Source of the DNA: Raoultibacter sp.
GTDB lineage: Bacteria; Actinomycetota; Coriobacteriia; Coriobacteriales; Eggerthellaceae
Direction of reading: 5' to 3'
Length of the DNA stretch: 64,000 bases
Assembly (NCBI GenBank): GCA_036655915.1
Contig: JAVVPE010000002.1
Location: forward strand, 362 to 64,361
Part shown: positions 1-9,921 of the stretch, one piece after another
Layout of the letters: the number at the start of each line of letters is the position of its first letter
Position numbering within the stretch: position 1 is the stretch's first letter
Made by a program: the position numbers and the translations under genes
The notes under the pieces: generated by a model
The model's input: the letters and a program-made list of their open reading frames with translations, nothing else
Told to the model about the DNA's origin: nothing
Database searches by the model: none

Positions 1-79
1 TGCTTTAGCCTTGAGCCCGTAAAGAAAGGGTGATCAATTTTACCCACAAAAGAGTTCATTTTCGAATAAGGAGTTCTTA

Positions 80-550
80 ATGTCTTGTGATCATAAAGCG
101 CCGGTTGTCGGCATCATCATGGGTTCGCAATCCGATATGGCGGCCATGGAACCGTGCATGAAGCAGTTGGAAGAATTTGGCGTGCCCTACGAAGTGAAGG
201 TGGCAAGCGCCCACCGCAAGCCAGCTGAAGTGCATGAATGGTCCGCAACCGCCGTCGAGCGCGGTATTCGCGTGATTATCGCAGCTGCGGGCAAAGCGGC
301 GCATTTGGGCGGGGTGGTTGCGGCATACACGCCGTGCCCCGTTATCGCGGTGCCCATGAAGACGAGCGATTTGGGCGGCCTTGATTCGCTGCTTTCCATG
401 GTGCAAATGCCCAGCGGCGTGCCGGTTGCCTGCGTGGCCATCAACGGTGCGAAAAATGCAGCTATCTTGGCCGTGCAAATGATGGGCACCAGCTGCGACG
501 GTGCCCGCCAAAAAATCGTCAAGTTCAAAGAGGATATGGCCAAAGTATAG
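80..550 (+). CDS. purE: N5-carboxyaminoimidazole ribonucleotide mutase PurE
   Basis: 156-aa ORF with PurE signatures (VGIIMGSQSD, AAGKAAHLGGVVA, PVIAVP). AAGGAG lies shortly upstream of the ATG. Confidence 0.95.
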   Translation: MSCDHKAPVVGIIMGSQSDMAAMEPCMKQLEEFGVPYEVKVASAHRKPAEVHEWSATAVERGIRVIIAAAGKAAHLGGVVAAYTPCPVIAVPMKTSDLGGLDSLLSMVQMPSGVPVACVAINGAKNAAILAVQMMGTSCDGARQKIVKFKEDMAKV

Positions 551-729
551 CGGCAGGTAAAGCAAAGGGGCGTCGCCGTTCCTGAATAAAACAGCTCAAA
601 AGGGCGTCCCTGCCGTGTGGGGGGCGCCCTTTGCGTGTATAGTGAAAGTATATGAGAGCGCTCGGAAATTTTGAGGGTGTTTTGCGGTATGCCGATGCCG
701 CTTTGCCGGCAAACGATAAGGAGCAGCAT

Positions 730-3168
730 ATGCAAAAGAAAAACTATCTATCACGGCTGGTCGCGTGTTCGTTTGCGGTGGTGTTGGCATGCGGCATGGT
801 GCCCACGGTTGCCTTGGCGCAGCCGGAAGGGGAATCTGCGTTAACGCCGCTGGTAAGCGTCGAAGAGCAGATGGCGCGCATTTCGGGGCACACGGGGCAA
901 GGTATTATTCCTTCGGCTATTGATCCCTCTTACTACAACTACCCTGAAGGGTACGCGGGCATTACGCCGCAAGCCGTTTTGCCTGAGAAATTTGACTTGC
1001 GCGATGCTGAGGGGAGAAGCTGTGTGACGCCGGTGAAGCTGCAAAACCCCTGGGGATCGTGCTGGGCGTTTTCTGCCACTGCGGCAGTAGAAAGCAACAT
1101 TCTCAACCAGGGCGTGGGCACCGCTGCCACCACGGATTTTTCCGAACGGCACCTGGCCTGGTTTTATAACCACCCCTTACCGCTGACCGCCCAAAACTCT
1201 CAAGCGGGCGAAGGAAGCTATTCGATTGTTTCGGGAGGCGATGTCATTGTGGGCGCTCCGAGTTCGGCGGCAGGATCTTTGCTTTCTGCGGGGTTTGGCG
1301 TTGAAAGCGAGAAGGCTGTTCCCTATCAAAACGATGAGGCCATTCGTGATGAAAGCGGCCTTCACTATGCAAAAAGCGGAACCTGGGCGGTGGGCGAAGA
1401 CAAGCGTTTCGATTCGCTGCACCAACTGAAGGAATCAAGTATGCTGCCCGGTACGGCGCGGATTACTGTGACAGACGGTATCCCTTCCTACACCTACAAC
1501 CCGGCGGCAACCGTAGCCATGAAGAATGCCATCATGAAAACCGGCGCGATTAGCACCTCTTATGCAGCCGACGTAAGCAAGCCCGGCGAAACGGGCGACG
1601 CAACCTTCATGAATTACAAGAACTGGGCGCAGTACACTAACACACCCATGCCGGCAAACCATGGCGTGTCCATTGTGGGATGGAATGATGATTATAAAAT
1701 TTCCAACTTCAACGCAGACAAGCAGCCGCCTGAGCCAGGTGCATGGATTGTCAAGAACAGCTGGGGCGCAGGTGAGCCTAATGTGTTTCCCAATAAGCGT
1801 GCATGGGGCATTGGTGGCACTGGCTATTTCTACTTGTCGTATTACGACCAGAGCGTCATGGACTCTGCCAGCTACGATTTGGCCACGAACGATGCAGAGA
1901 CTTACGGAATCACGCATCAATACGATTACCTGGGCAAAGCTTCAATGATCGATGGAACGTTTACCGACAGTAAGGGAGCCGGCAGCGCAAACGTGTTCAC
2001 CGCACAGAGCGATCAGACGCTGAAGGCCGCTTCGGTCAGTACTCCTGTTGCGGGCACGAAAGCTATGATTTCGGTGTACAAACTGAATGTAGGGGCCACA
2101 TCCCCGCTTGATGGTGAACTTTTAGGAATAACCGAGGCCGCCTTTGATTTCGCAGGATACCATCGTGTTCCGCTGACAGAGGCGAAAGCAAACACAACTT
2201 ACAACATTCGCGCGGGAGAAAAGTTCTCGGTCGTTGCGCAGATAACGGCTGACGACACCTATTACTCCGCTTTTGAAAGAGGAGTAACAGAGGAAGGCGC
2301 GAAAAAGAATGATCTACCGATTGCTTGCAATGCCGTCATCAATCCAGGGGAAAGCTATTTGCTTGATGGCGGTGTTTGGAAAGATGCCGCGGTGGCCTTG
2401 GCTGATCCGACTCTCACCGAAAACGGCGACTTTCCGTATGGCAACGCCATGATTAAAGCATTTGCCGATAAAGCTGAGCTTCCTCCCGTATCCGAAATAA
2501 CGGTTGCCACGGTGAAGGGTGGCGACGTGACAACGATCCCCGTGCAGACCGTGCAGAAAACTGAGGTTGTGGGCAATCTGTTTGTGGGCGCAAACCCGAG
2601 CATCGTGCTTTCAGACCTTGCGGTAGGCAGCCCTGTTCCTGCGCTGTTTGATGGCGCGCTTGCCGCTGGCGACACGCTGTTGTTTTCCTACGATGTGGCG
2701 TTTCAGGATATTACCGGGTGTAAGGGTCCTTTTAAAATGACGCTTCCTGTGGGGGATGCTTACAACGGCAAGCCGGTCAAGATGTTGCATTTAGTGAGTG
2801 CGGGTAATTTGGATAAAAGCGGAACACCCGTTGCCGCTGCTACCGTCGATGTGTACGATGGCCTTACGGTAAAAGAGGGCATGGTTACCCTTGCGGCCTA
2901 TTCGCTTTCGCCCTTCGGCGTTGCCCTTGCTGCCCCACCGACCCCGGTTGATCCGCCCACGCCGCCCACGCCACCCACGCCGGCAACCCCGGATGCAGGC
3001 AGCCCGGTGGCACAACCCCTGAACACTTCGGCTGCGAACCTGGCGCCCACCGGCGATACGCTGCCCGCAGGTCTTGTAGTGCTGGCAGTTGTGGGCGTGT
3101 GTGCGGGGTTAGCCCTGCTGATTGTCGCTGGCACCCGCATAGCCCACAGCCGCAAAGAAGAAAAATAG
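730..3168 (+). CDS. Secreted papain-like (C1 family) cysteine peptidase, cell-wall anchored via an LAPTG sorting signal
   Basis: Start moved to ATG 730: AAGGAG at 717-722, followed by signal peptide MQKKNYLSRLVACSFAVVLACGMVPTVALA. Catalytic motifs QNPWGSCWAFSA, ANHGVSIVGWNDD and KNSWG. C-terminal Pro/Thr linker (PPTPVDPPTPPTPPTPATP), then LAPTG, a hydrophobic segment and the RIAHSRKEEK tail. Confidence 0.9.
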   Translation: MQKKNYLSRLVACSFAVVLACGMVPTVALAQPEGESALTPLVSVEEQMARISGHTGQGIIPSAIDPSYYNYPEGYAGITPQAVLPEKFDLRDAEGRSCVTPVKLQNPWGSCWAFSATAAVESNILNQGVGTAATTDFSERHLAWFYNHPLPLTAQNSQAGEGSYSIVSGGDVIVGAPSSAAGSLLSAGFGVESEKAVPYQNDEAIRDESGLHYAKSGTWAVGEDKRFDSLHQLKESSMLPGTARITVTDGIPSYTYNPAATVAMKNAIMKTGAISTSYAADVSKPGETGDATFMNYKNWAQYTNTPMPANHGVSIVGWNDDYKISNFNADKQPPEPGAWIVKNSWGAGEPNVFPNKRAWGIGGTGYFYLSYYDQSVMDSASYDLATNDAETYGITHQYDYLGKASMIDGTFTDSKGAGSANVFTAQSDQTLKAASVSTPVAGTKAMISVYKLNVGATSPLDGELLGITEAAFDFAGYHRVPLTEAKANTTYNIRAGEKFSVVAQITADDTYYSAFERGVTEEGAKKNDLPIACNAVINPGESYLLDGGVWKDAAVALADPTLTENGDFPYGNAMIKAFADKAELPPVSEITVATVKGGDVTTIPVQTVQKTEVVGNLFVGANPSIVLSDLAVGSPVPALFDGALAAGDTLLFSYDVAFQDITGCKGPFKMTLPVGDAYNGKPVKMLHLVSAGNLDKSGTPVAAATVDVYDGLTVKEGMVTLAAYSLSPFGVALAAPPTPVDPPTPPTPPTPATPDAGSPVAQPLNTSAANLAPTGDTLPAGLVVLAVVGVCAGLALLIVAGTRIAHSRKEEK

Positions 3169-3180
3169 AAGGCAAACAAG

Positions 3181-3205
3181 CGCCGCCGCAGGGCGGCGTT
3201 TTTGT
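3181..3205 (+). terminator. Rho-independent terminator after the peptidase gene
   Basis: CGCCGCC-GCAG-GGCGGCG hairpin followed by TTTTTG. Confidence 0.75.
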
Positions 3206-3344
3206 TGGCACATTCTTCATGTAATTGGGTACCAAGCGCGATTTGGTGAAACGTGCGTGGGCGCTTCTTTGCTATGATAAAAACTCAAGGCGGTAGGCGG
3301 GCGCAAGGTGTCTTGCGGTGAATCGATAGAAGCGGGCGAAACCT

Positions 3345-5342
3345 ATGACTGAAAAACTTTTGATGGGCAATGAAGCCTTTGCGCATGCGGCGCTTTCTGC
3401 GGGAGTGCGTGTGGTGGCGGGGTATCCGGGCACGCCTTCTTCCGAATTGATTGAAACGATTGCAGCGTGCCATGCGGCGGGCAGTGCGCGTGGCGTGCAT
3501 GTGGAATGGTCGACGAATGAGAAGAGCGCGCTTGAACTGCTGGCGGGGGCATCTTACGCGGGTGCCCGGGTGCTGTTCACCTGCAAGCAAGTGGGTCTTA
3601 ACGTGGCAAGCGACGCGCTGATGAGCCTGAACTATGTGGGCGTAGGTGGCGGTTGCGTGCTGTTTGTGGCTGATGACCCCGGCCCCATTTCTTCGCAGAC
3701 CGAACAGGATACGCGTCGTTTTGCAGCGTTTGCCAAGCTGCCGGTGTTCGACCCGACCACGCCCGAAGAAGGTTGCGTCATGATTTCGGCTGCCTTCCGA
3801 CTTTCTGAAACCTACCATACACCGGTTATTGTGCGCCCGACCACGCGCATCTGCCACGCTTCCACGTTTTTCGATTTCCCTAAAACCACGCAAGCTCAGC
3901 CCATGCCTGCGGAAGGGTTCAAGCGCGATCCGAAGTGGATCATTTTTCCACGGCGCGCCTTTGAAGCGCACGGCGAAATCAACGAGCGCTTGCGGCAGAT
4001 GGCGCGCGAGTTTTCGGAAGGGCGGCTGGCTATGTTTAACCCTGTTGAGGAAGGTGGCATGACGCGCGAGGTGCCGCAGCTGGGCATTATGGCTGGTGGT
4101 GTTTCTGCAGCATATGCCCGCGAAGCGCTGCGCACGCTTAAGGTGCGCGCGTTGGCGGCGGGAGTTAAGCTGCCCGCTTATCGTTTCATGCAGGTGGGAA
4201 CGCCCTACCCCTTCCCCGAAGCCGCAGTTGCCCGCTTTGTGCAGGGGCTGAACAGCGTGCTGGTGTTAGAAGAACTCGACCACTTTTTGGAAGACGAACT
4301 GTTGGCTTTTTGCGGGGCGGTGCATGGCAGGTTTTCGGTGCTGGGCAAGCTGACGCAAACCACGCGCGACCGGGGCGAAAACACGGTGGATGATATTGCG
4401 ATGCGCCTGGCAGTTTATTTGGGTGTGCCGGAAGCGGCGGATGTTTCGGGTATTTCGGACGCTTTGGGCGCTTCTTCCGCAGTCACTTCCCCTGCGCCGC
4501 TTACTTACGACGCCCCATTGCCTGTGCGCCCACCCGTGTTGTGTGCGGGGTGTCCCCATCGTGGCAGCTTTTATGCGGTGCGCCGCGCGTTGGGGAAAAC
4601 GCCTGCGGTGCTGTGCGGCGATATTGGCTGCTACACCTTGGGCAACGCCCAGCCGCTTGATGCGATCGACACGTGTTTATGTATGGGTGCGGGCATCACC
4701 ATGGCACAGGGCTTTGCGGTTGCCGAGCCCGAAAAGAAGCACATTGCCTTTGTGGGGGATTCCACGTTTTTCGCCAGCGGGCTGCCCGGCATTGTCAACG
4801 CTGTTTACAACCAGCACGATATCACGGTAGCCGTGCTGGATAACGCAACCACGGCCATGACCGGGTCGCAGCCGCATCCTGGCACCGGCGTAACGCTGAT
4901 GGGGCCGAAAACTCCGCCGATTTCTATCGAGGGCGTGTTGCGTGCAGTGGGGTTTGCGTGCATCGTGCATGCCAATCCGTTCAACTTGGAAGAAAGCATC
5001 GCCGCCGCCCAGGAGGCCATCGACTTTGCGGGTCCTTCGGCCATCCTCTACGAAGCCCCCTGTGTTTCCCTGGTAAAGCCCGGTGCTCCGGTAGTTATCG
5101 ACACGCAAACCTGCACGGGCTGCAAAAAGTGCATCACCGAAATCGGTTGCCCGGCCATTGGCTTTGCTGCCGAAAGCAAGCGCGCGTTTATTGATACAAC
5201 ATTGTGCAACGGCTGTGGTTTGTGCACGCAGGTGTGCCCGTTTAGCGTGATTACGCTGCCCGCAGGCGGGGGCGTATGTGGTGTGCAAGCTGCTGCGGAA
5301 AGTCCCGCTGTTTGCGCAGGTAAGGAGGCCCCTCATGCTTAA
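3345..5342 (+). CDS. iorA: Indolepyruvate:ferredoxin oxidoreductase, alpha subunit (TPP-binding, 2x[4Fe-4S])
   Basis: 665-aa ORF. N-terminus LLMGNEAFAHAALSAGVRVVAGYPGTPSSE. TPP motif GDSTFFASG. C-terminal ferredoxin-type Cys clusters CTGCKKC...CP and CNGCGLC...CP. Confidence 0.9.
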   Translation: MTEKLLMGNEAFAHAALSAGVRVVAGYPGTPSSELIETIAACHAAGSARGVHVEWSTNEKSALELLAGASYAGARVLFTCKQVGLNVASDALMSLNYVGVGGGCVLFVADDPGPISSQTEQDTRRFAAFAKLPVFDPTTPEEGCVMISAAFRLSETYHTPVIVRPTTRICHASTFFDFPKTTQAQPMPAEGFKRDPKWIIFPRRAFEAHGEINERLRQMAREFSEGRLAMFNPVEEGGMTREVPQLGIMAGGVSAAYAREALRTLKVRALAAGVKLPAYRFMQVGTPYPFPEAAVARFVQGLNSVLVLEELDHFLEDELLAFCGAVHGRFSVLGKLTQTTRDRGENTVDDIAMRLAVYLGVPEAADVSGISDALGASSAVTSPAPLTYDAPLPVRPPVLCAGCPHRGSFYAVRRALGKTPAVLCGDIGCYTLGNAQPLDAIDTCLCMGAGITMAQGFAVAEPEKKHIAFVGDSTFFASGLPGIVNAVYNQHDITVAVLDNATTAMTGSQPHPGTGVTLMGPKTPPISIEGVLRAVGFACIVHANPFNLEESIAAAQEAIDFAGPSAILYEAPCVSLVKPGAPVVIDTQTCTGCKKCITEIGCPAIGFAAESKRAFIDTTLCNGCGLCTQVCPFSVITLPAGGGVCGVQAAAESPAVCAGKEAPHA

Positions 5343-5928
5343 TGTGTTGCTGGCAGGTGTGGGCGGGCAGGGCACGGTGCTTGCGGCCAAGATTTTGGCG
5401 CAGGCCGCGCAGGCAAAAGGCTGGCAGGTGCGCACAGCCGAAACCATCGGCATGGCGCAGCGCGGCGGCAACGTGACATCGCATCTGCGCATGGGCAACA
5501 ACGGCGAAGAAGTGTACGCGCCGCTGTTGGCACAGGGTACCGCCGATCTGATTATCGCGTTTGAGCCCGCCGAAGGCGCGCGCGTTGTGCCGTATTTGAA
5601 GCCCGAAGGCACGCTGGTGTGCGCTACGACGGCCATCCAGCCAGTTTCCGCCGCGCTTTCGCACACGCCCCATCGCGCCGAAGATGTGGTGGCACAGCTT
5701 GCCACGTGCGTGCCGCACTTCATCGCCGTTGACGATGCAGTGCTTTGTGCGCAAGTGGGAACCAGAAAAGTGCTCAACACCGTGTTGCTTGCCCGCGCGC
5801 TTGCGCAAGGCACCCTTTCCATCAGCGTCGACGATTTACGCCGCGCCATCCCCCTGTGTGTAAAATCACGCTTCGTGGAAATGAACCTACAAGCCATAGA
5901 TGTCGCGTGCGGTGATGAGAGAAAATAA
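5335..5928 (+). CDS. iorB: Indolepyruvate oxidoreductase, beta subunit
   Basis: Start set at ATG 5335 (AAGGAGG at 5322-5328), overlapping the iorA stop. N-terminus MLNVLLAGVGGQGTVLAAKILA is typical of IorB / the gamma domain of 2-oxoacid oxidoreductases. Confidence 0.88.
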   Translation: MLNVLLAGVGGQGTVLAAKILAQAAQAKGWQVRTAETIGMAQRGGNVTSHLRMGNNGEEVYAPLLAQGTADLIIAFEPAEGARVVPYLKPEGTLVCATTAIQPVSAALSHTPHRAEDVVAQLATCVPHFIAVDDAVLCAQVGTRKVLNTVLLARALAQGTLSISVDDLRRAIPLCVKSRFVEMNLQAIDVACGDERK

Positions 5929-5986
5929 GCCCAATAGCAGAAAAATCGCCCACGGGGCACTTTCTTGTGATAAAGTTGCGAACACT

Positions 5987-7222
5987 ATGAATATAACCGA
6001 CGAACAATTTGTGCTCATTAAAGAGCAATTCAAGACGTTGAAGCAGCGGTCTGCCTTTTACGCCTTAATTTTCGACGGTATTGAACTGGCTGATGTGCAA
6101 ACGCAGGCCGATTTTGAGAAGCTGCCGTTTTCCGAAAAAGACGATTTGCGCCGCGTGTACCCTTTAGGGCTCGCTGCTGTTCCGGAAGAAGAAATCGTAC
6201 GCATCCATTCTTCATCGGGCACCACGGGCACGCCGGTTATCATTCCCTACACCGCACAAGATGTGGAAGATTGGGCTATCCAATTTGCGCGCTGCTACGA
6301 AATGGCGGGCATCACCAGCCGCGATCGCATTCACATTACGCCAGGTTATGGCCTGTGGACGGCGGGCATCGGCTTCCAGCTGGGTGCCGAAAAACTGGGC
6401 GCCATGGCCATTCCGATGGGCCCGGGTAATACCGATAAACAACTGCGCATGATGGAAGATTTGCAATCCACCGTGCTGTGCGCCACCAGTTCCTACGCGC
6501 TGCTTTTGGCGGAAACTATCGCTGAACGCGGCATTCGCGACAAGTTATGCCTGACCAAGGGCGTTATCGGCTCCGAACGTTGGGGCAGCAAAATGCGTGC
6601 GCGCATCGCCGACGAACTGGGTGTTGAACTGTTCGACATCTATGGCCTCACCGAAATATACGGCCCCGGCATCGGCATTTCATGCCCCGAACACGCGGGT
6701 ATGCACTACTGGAGCGATTACATTTACTGTGAAATCATCGACCCCAAAACGGGCGCTGTGCTGCCCGACGGCGAAGTGGGCGAACTGGTTATCACGACGC
6801 TGCGCAAGCAGGGCGCGCCGCTGATTCGCTATCGCACGCACGATATGACGCGCATCATCCCCGGTCAATGTGCTTGTGGGTCGCACTTCCCCCGCATCGA
6901 CATGCTGGTGGGTCGCACCGACGACATGGTGAAGGTTAAAGGCGTCAACATGTTCCCCGCGCAGATTGAAGAGGTCATTTCGTTTACCGATGGGGCATCT
7001 TCTGAATACCAGGTGATGATCGATCATCTGTTTGGCAAAGACATCATCACGGTGTTTTTTGAAACCGCCTGCACGGGTGATGAACTCAAGCGCGCCGAAG
7101 AGGAACTTTCCTTCATATTCAAGGGGAAAATCGGCTGTACGCCGGTGGCCAAGGGCGTGCCCTTGGGCGATTTGCCGCGTTCCGAGAAAAAAACCCAACG
7201 CATTTTCGATAACCGATATTAA
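5987..7222 (+). CDS. paaK: Phenylacetate-CoA ligase family (adenylate-forming) enzyme
   Basis: AMP-binding core HSSSGTTGTPVIIPYT and YGLTE; length and C-terminal ACT-like region match the PaaK family. Start chosen at ATG 5987 (MNITDEQF); the track ORF begins upstream at 5900. Confidence 0.85.
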   Translation: MNITDEQFVLIKEQFKTLKQRSAFYALIFDGIELADVQTQADFEKLPFSEKDDLRRVYPLGLAAVPEEEIVRIHSSSGTTGTPVIIPYTAQDVEDWAIQFARCYEMAGITSRDRIHITPGYGLWTAGIGFQLGAEKLGAMAIPMGPGNTDKQLRMMEDLQSTVLCATSSYALLLAETIAERGIRDKLCLTKGVIGSERWGSKMRARIADELGVELFDIYGLTEIYGPGIGISCPEHAGMHYWSDYIYCEIIDPKTGAVLPDGEVGELVITTLRKQGAPLIRYRTHDMTRIIPGQCACGSHFPRIDMLVGRTDDMVKVKGVNMFPAQIEEVISFTDGASSEYQVMIDHLFGKDIITVFFETACTGDELKRAEEELSFIFKGKIGCTPVAKGVPLGDLPRSEKKTQRIFDNRY

Positions 7223-7224
7223 TA

Positions 7225-7276
7225 GCACACGGGCATCTGACAACCTGCAACAGCGGGCTGCCGGATGGCCGTGTGC
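7225..7276 (+). terminator. Long stem-loop downstream of paaK (possible terminator without a U-tract)
   Basis: Arm GCACACGGGCATC (7225-7237) pairs with GATGGCCGTGTGC (7264-7276), one mismatch. No T-run follows. Confidence 0.35.
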
Positions 7277-7426
7277 ACTTTCCGCAGCACCTCGCGTGTG
7301 GCAGCACAAAAGTTGCACGTGCGAGTGGCAGGGTGGCAAGGTCTTGTGCGTGTCACTCTAGGCAAGGTGAAGAATTTAATTTTGTCGGTTTTGTCGGTTG
7401 AAACCGTTGGATAGTAAGGAAATGAA

Positions 7427-8962
7427 ATGGTAGAAAAAATAATAATGGTGCTTATATTCATCGCGGTGGCGGTGGGTATTGGCATCTTTTGCAAAAAGCA
7501 TACGAAAAGTGTGGACGGGTTCATTTTGGGCGGCCGCAACGTGGGGCCGTGGTTTTCGGCCTTCGCGTATGGCACCAGCTACTTTTCGGCGGTTATCTTT
7601 GTGGGATATGCCGGGCAGTTTGGCTGGAAATACGGCATTGCCGCCGCGTGGATCGGCATTGGCAATGCGGTGTTGGGCAGCTTGCTTGCCTGGTGGGTGC
7701 TTGGGCCGCGCACGCGCGAAATGACGCAGCGTCTTAAATCGGCCACTATGCCGGAATTTTTCGGCGCGCGCTACAACAGCAAGGGGCTGCGCATCGCTTC
7801 GGCCGCCATCATCTTCGTGTTTTTGATCCCCTACACCGCGTCGGTCTACAACGGCCTCTCGCGCCTGTTCAACATGGCGTTCGGCCTGCCCTACGAGGTG
7901 TGCGTTATCGGAATGGCAGCAGTGACCTGCGCCTATGTTGTGCTTGGTGGCTACATGGCCACGGTGGTGAACGATTTTGTGCAGGGCATCGTCATGCTGT
8001 TTGGCATCGTGGCGGTTATCGTGGCCGTGCTTATCAACAACGGAGGCTTCACCGAAGCCATCACGTCGCTGTCGCTTATTCCTGCGGAAGGTTCAGCCAT
8101 GTCTGGCCCCTTTGTTTCCTTCTTCGGACCAAACCTGCCCGATCTTATCGGCGTCGTTATTCTTACTTCGCTAGGCACGTGGGGCTTGCCGCAGATGGTG
8201 CAGAAGTTCTACGCCATCAAAAGCGGTCCGGCCATCAAGCAGGGTGCCATCATTTCCACGATGTTCGCCATCGTCGTGGCGGGAGGCAGCTACTTTTTGG
8301 GCGGCTTCGGGCGCCTGTATGGCGGGCAGGTAGAATTGAGTGCTGCGGGCACGCCGGTGTATGATTCCATCATTCCCACCATGCTTTCTAGCTTGCCTGA
8401 TCTGCTGATTGGCATTGTTATCGTGCTGGTGCTTTCCGCTTCGATGTCCACGCTTTCTTCGTTGGTGCTTACCTCATCTTCTACGCTAACGCTTGACCTG
8501 ATTAAAGATAACCTGGTCAAAAACATGAGCGAGAAAAAGCAGATCGGTTTCATCCGCGTGCTCATCGTGGTGTTCGTGGCTATTTCGGCACTTATCGCGC
8601 TGTACCAGTACAATTCTTCAGTTACGTTTATTGCCCAGCTGATGAGCATTTCTTGGGGCGCGCTGGCCGGATCGTTTCTGGGGCCGTTTTTCTGGGGACT
8701 GTTTAGCGGGCGCATTTCCAAAGCGGCCGTATGGGCAAGCTTCATCATGGGCGTGGGCTTAACGGTTTCCAACATGTTCATCGGCTTCATCGCTTCGCCC
8801 ATCAACTGCGGGGCGCTGGCCATGGTGTTATCCATGGTTATTGTGCCGCTGGTAAGTTTGCTAACCCCCGCCGTGCCGTTTTGCATTGAGCCGCCGCACC
8901 AAGAAGGCGCGATCGACCGCGAATACGAACACGAAATCGAAGAAGAAGGCGCCGCTTCCTAA
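7427..8962 (+). CDS. Sodium:solute symporter (SSS family) transporter
   Basis: 511 aa, about 13 hydrophobic segments, N-terminal pattern GGRNVGPWFSAFAYGTSYFSAV typical of PutP/PanF-like SSS proteins. Substrate unknown. Confidence 0.8.
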   Translation: MVEKIIMVLIFIAVAVGIGIFCKKHTKSVDGFILGGRNVGPWFSAFAYGTSYFSAVIFVGYAGQFGWKYGIAAAWIGIGNAVLGSLLAWWVLGPRTREMTQRLKSATMPEFFGARYNSKGLRIASAAIIFVFLIPYTASVYNGLSRLFNMAFGLPYEVCVIGMAAVTCAYVVLGGYMATVVNDFVQGIVMLFGIVAVIVAVLINNGGFTEAITSLSLIPAEGSAMSGPFVSFFGPNLPDLIGVVILTSLGTWGLPQMVQKFYAIKSGPAIKQGAIISTMFAIVVAGGSYFLGGFGRLYGGQVELSAAGTPVYDSIIPTMLSSLPDLLIGIVIVLVLSASMSTLSSLVLTSSSTLTLDLIKDNLVKNMSEKKQIGFIRVLIVVFVAISALIALYQYNSSVTFIAQLMSISWGALAGSFLGPFFWGLFSGRISKAAVWASFIMGVGLTVSNMFIGFIASPINCGALAMVLSMVIVPLVSLLTPAVPFCIEPPHQEGAIDREYEHEIEEEGAAS

Positions 8963-9804
8963 GAAGACAGCGCTTTGATGCGAACGCTCATATCGATGGG
9001 TTTTACAAAAAACAAACAGCTGGTTACCAGGCCGTTGACGCCAGTCTGCGCATAGGACGCAGCGTTTCCTTCGTTGACTCCACCAGCAGCAAGCAAGGTG
9101 ATTGCGGGGTTGATGCCCCGCAATCGAGGCACCATTTCGCTCAGATCTGCTGCCGGTACCTTGTCAAACTGGATGCCGTCGATGCCCGCCTGGGCTAGAC
9201 GGGGCGCATCGGCAAGACTGGCTTCGATGATAATTTTCTTTTCACAGCAATGAGCCTTTATTTCGGGCAATTTTTCAATCAAAGCATCGATGCCGCCAAT
9301 AAAAGCAAGATGGTGGTCGAAGATGAGGATTGTTTCGGAAAGTCCCAAACGATGGGGGAAGGCGCCGCCGACGCGCGCCGCTTTGGTGGCAAACGGCTTT
9401 GTGCTGGGAATGCCTTTGCGCGTGGTAAGTACGGCGACGTGCGGGTTTTCGGCCTGAGCAGCGCGCACCATACGGTTTGTTTTCGTTGCGACGGCGGAAT
9501 AATAATCGCACATATTGAGGCATACCTTCCAGGCAGTGTGTATGCACTGGGCACTTCCGCGGGCGCATAAAAAGCTTTCGCCCGCCGCTAGGGAATCACC
9601 ACTTTTCCGATGCTCCGTGATGGACAGTCCGATTTTCTTGCACATCTGGATGGCTTCTTCAACGCCGCTTAAAAGGCAGTCTTCGCGGGTGAAGTATTCT
9701 ATTTCACCAGGTTGGTCACTGATTCCCAAAACGGATGACGTCAGATCGCCATAGGGGGCGTCTTCCAGGATGAGTGAGTCGAGCAATGGATTTGAGATAT
9801 ACAC
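8959..9804 (-). CDS. modD: ModD protein (quinolinate phosphoribosyltransferase-like)
   Basis: 281 aa, NadC/ModD fold motifs (EDAPYGDLTS..., LAAGGVN). Divergent from the modABC genes. Confidence 0.8.
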   Translation of the reverse strand: MYISNPLLDSLILEDAPYGDLTSSVLGISDQPGEIEYFTREDCLLSGVEEAIQMCKKIGLSITEHRKSGDSLAAGESFLCARGSAQCIHTAWKVCLNMCDYYSAVATKTNRMVRAAQAENPHVAVLTTRKGIPSTKPFATKAARVGGAFPHRLGLSETILIFDHHLAFIGGIDALIEKLPEIKAHCCEKKIIIEASLADAPRLAQAGIDGIQFDKVPAADLSEMVPRLRGINPAITLLAAGGVNEGNAASYAQTGVNGLVTSCLFFVKPIDMSVRIKALSS

Positions 9805-9921
9805 GGTTACCCCTTTATTCTATTGTTAGAATAATCTATAATGAGGTTAATTATAGAGCAACGTTTGCGGGATTCAAGCCACAGTCGTTGCTTTTCTTTT
9901 GGGATCAATAAAGGGGAGTCT

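Noticed and set aside
77-565. 162-aa minus-strand ORF covering purE
   Set aside because: It is exactly antisense to a gene with strong PurE motifs. Its His/Arg/Ala-rich composition is typical of shadow ORFs in GC-rich DNA.
652-729. Upstream ORF-track starts (652 for the peptidase; likewise 5278, 5900, 9841, 18245-19633, 21296, 30204, 37333, 53955, 60639)
   Set aside because: In each case an internal ATG with a Shine-Dalgarno sequence gives the expected N-terminus (signal peptide or family-typical start). The extensions overlap neighbouring genes or tRNA flanks.
4677-5960. 427-aa minus-strand ORF across iorA/iorB
   Set aside because: It is antisense to two well-supported genes and spans their junction. 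It is Arg/Cys/Ala-rich with no motif, so it is a shadow ORF.
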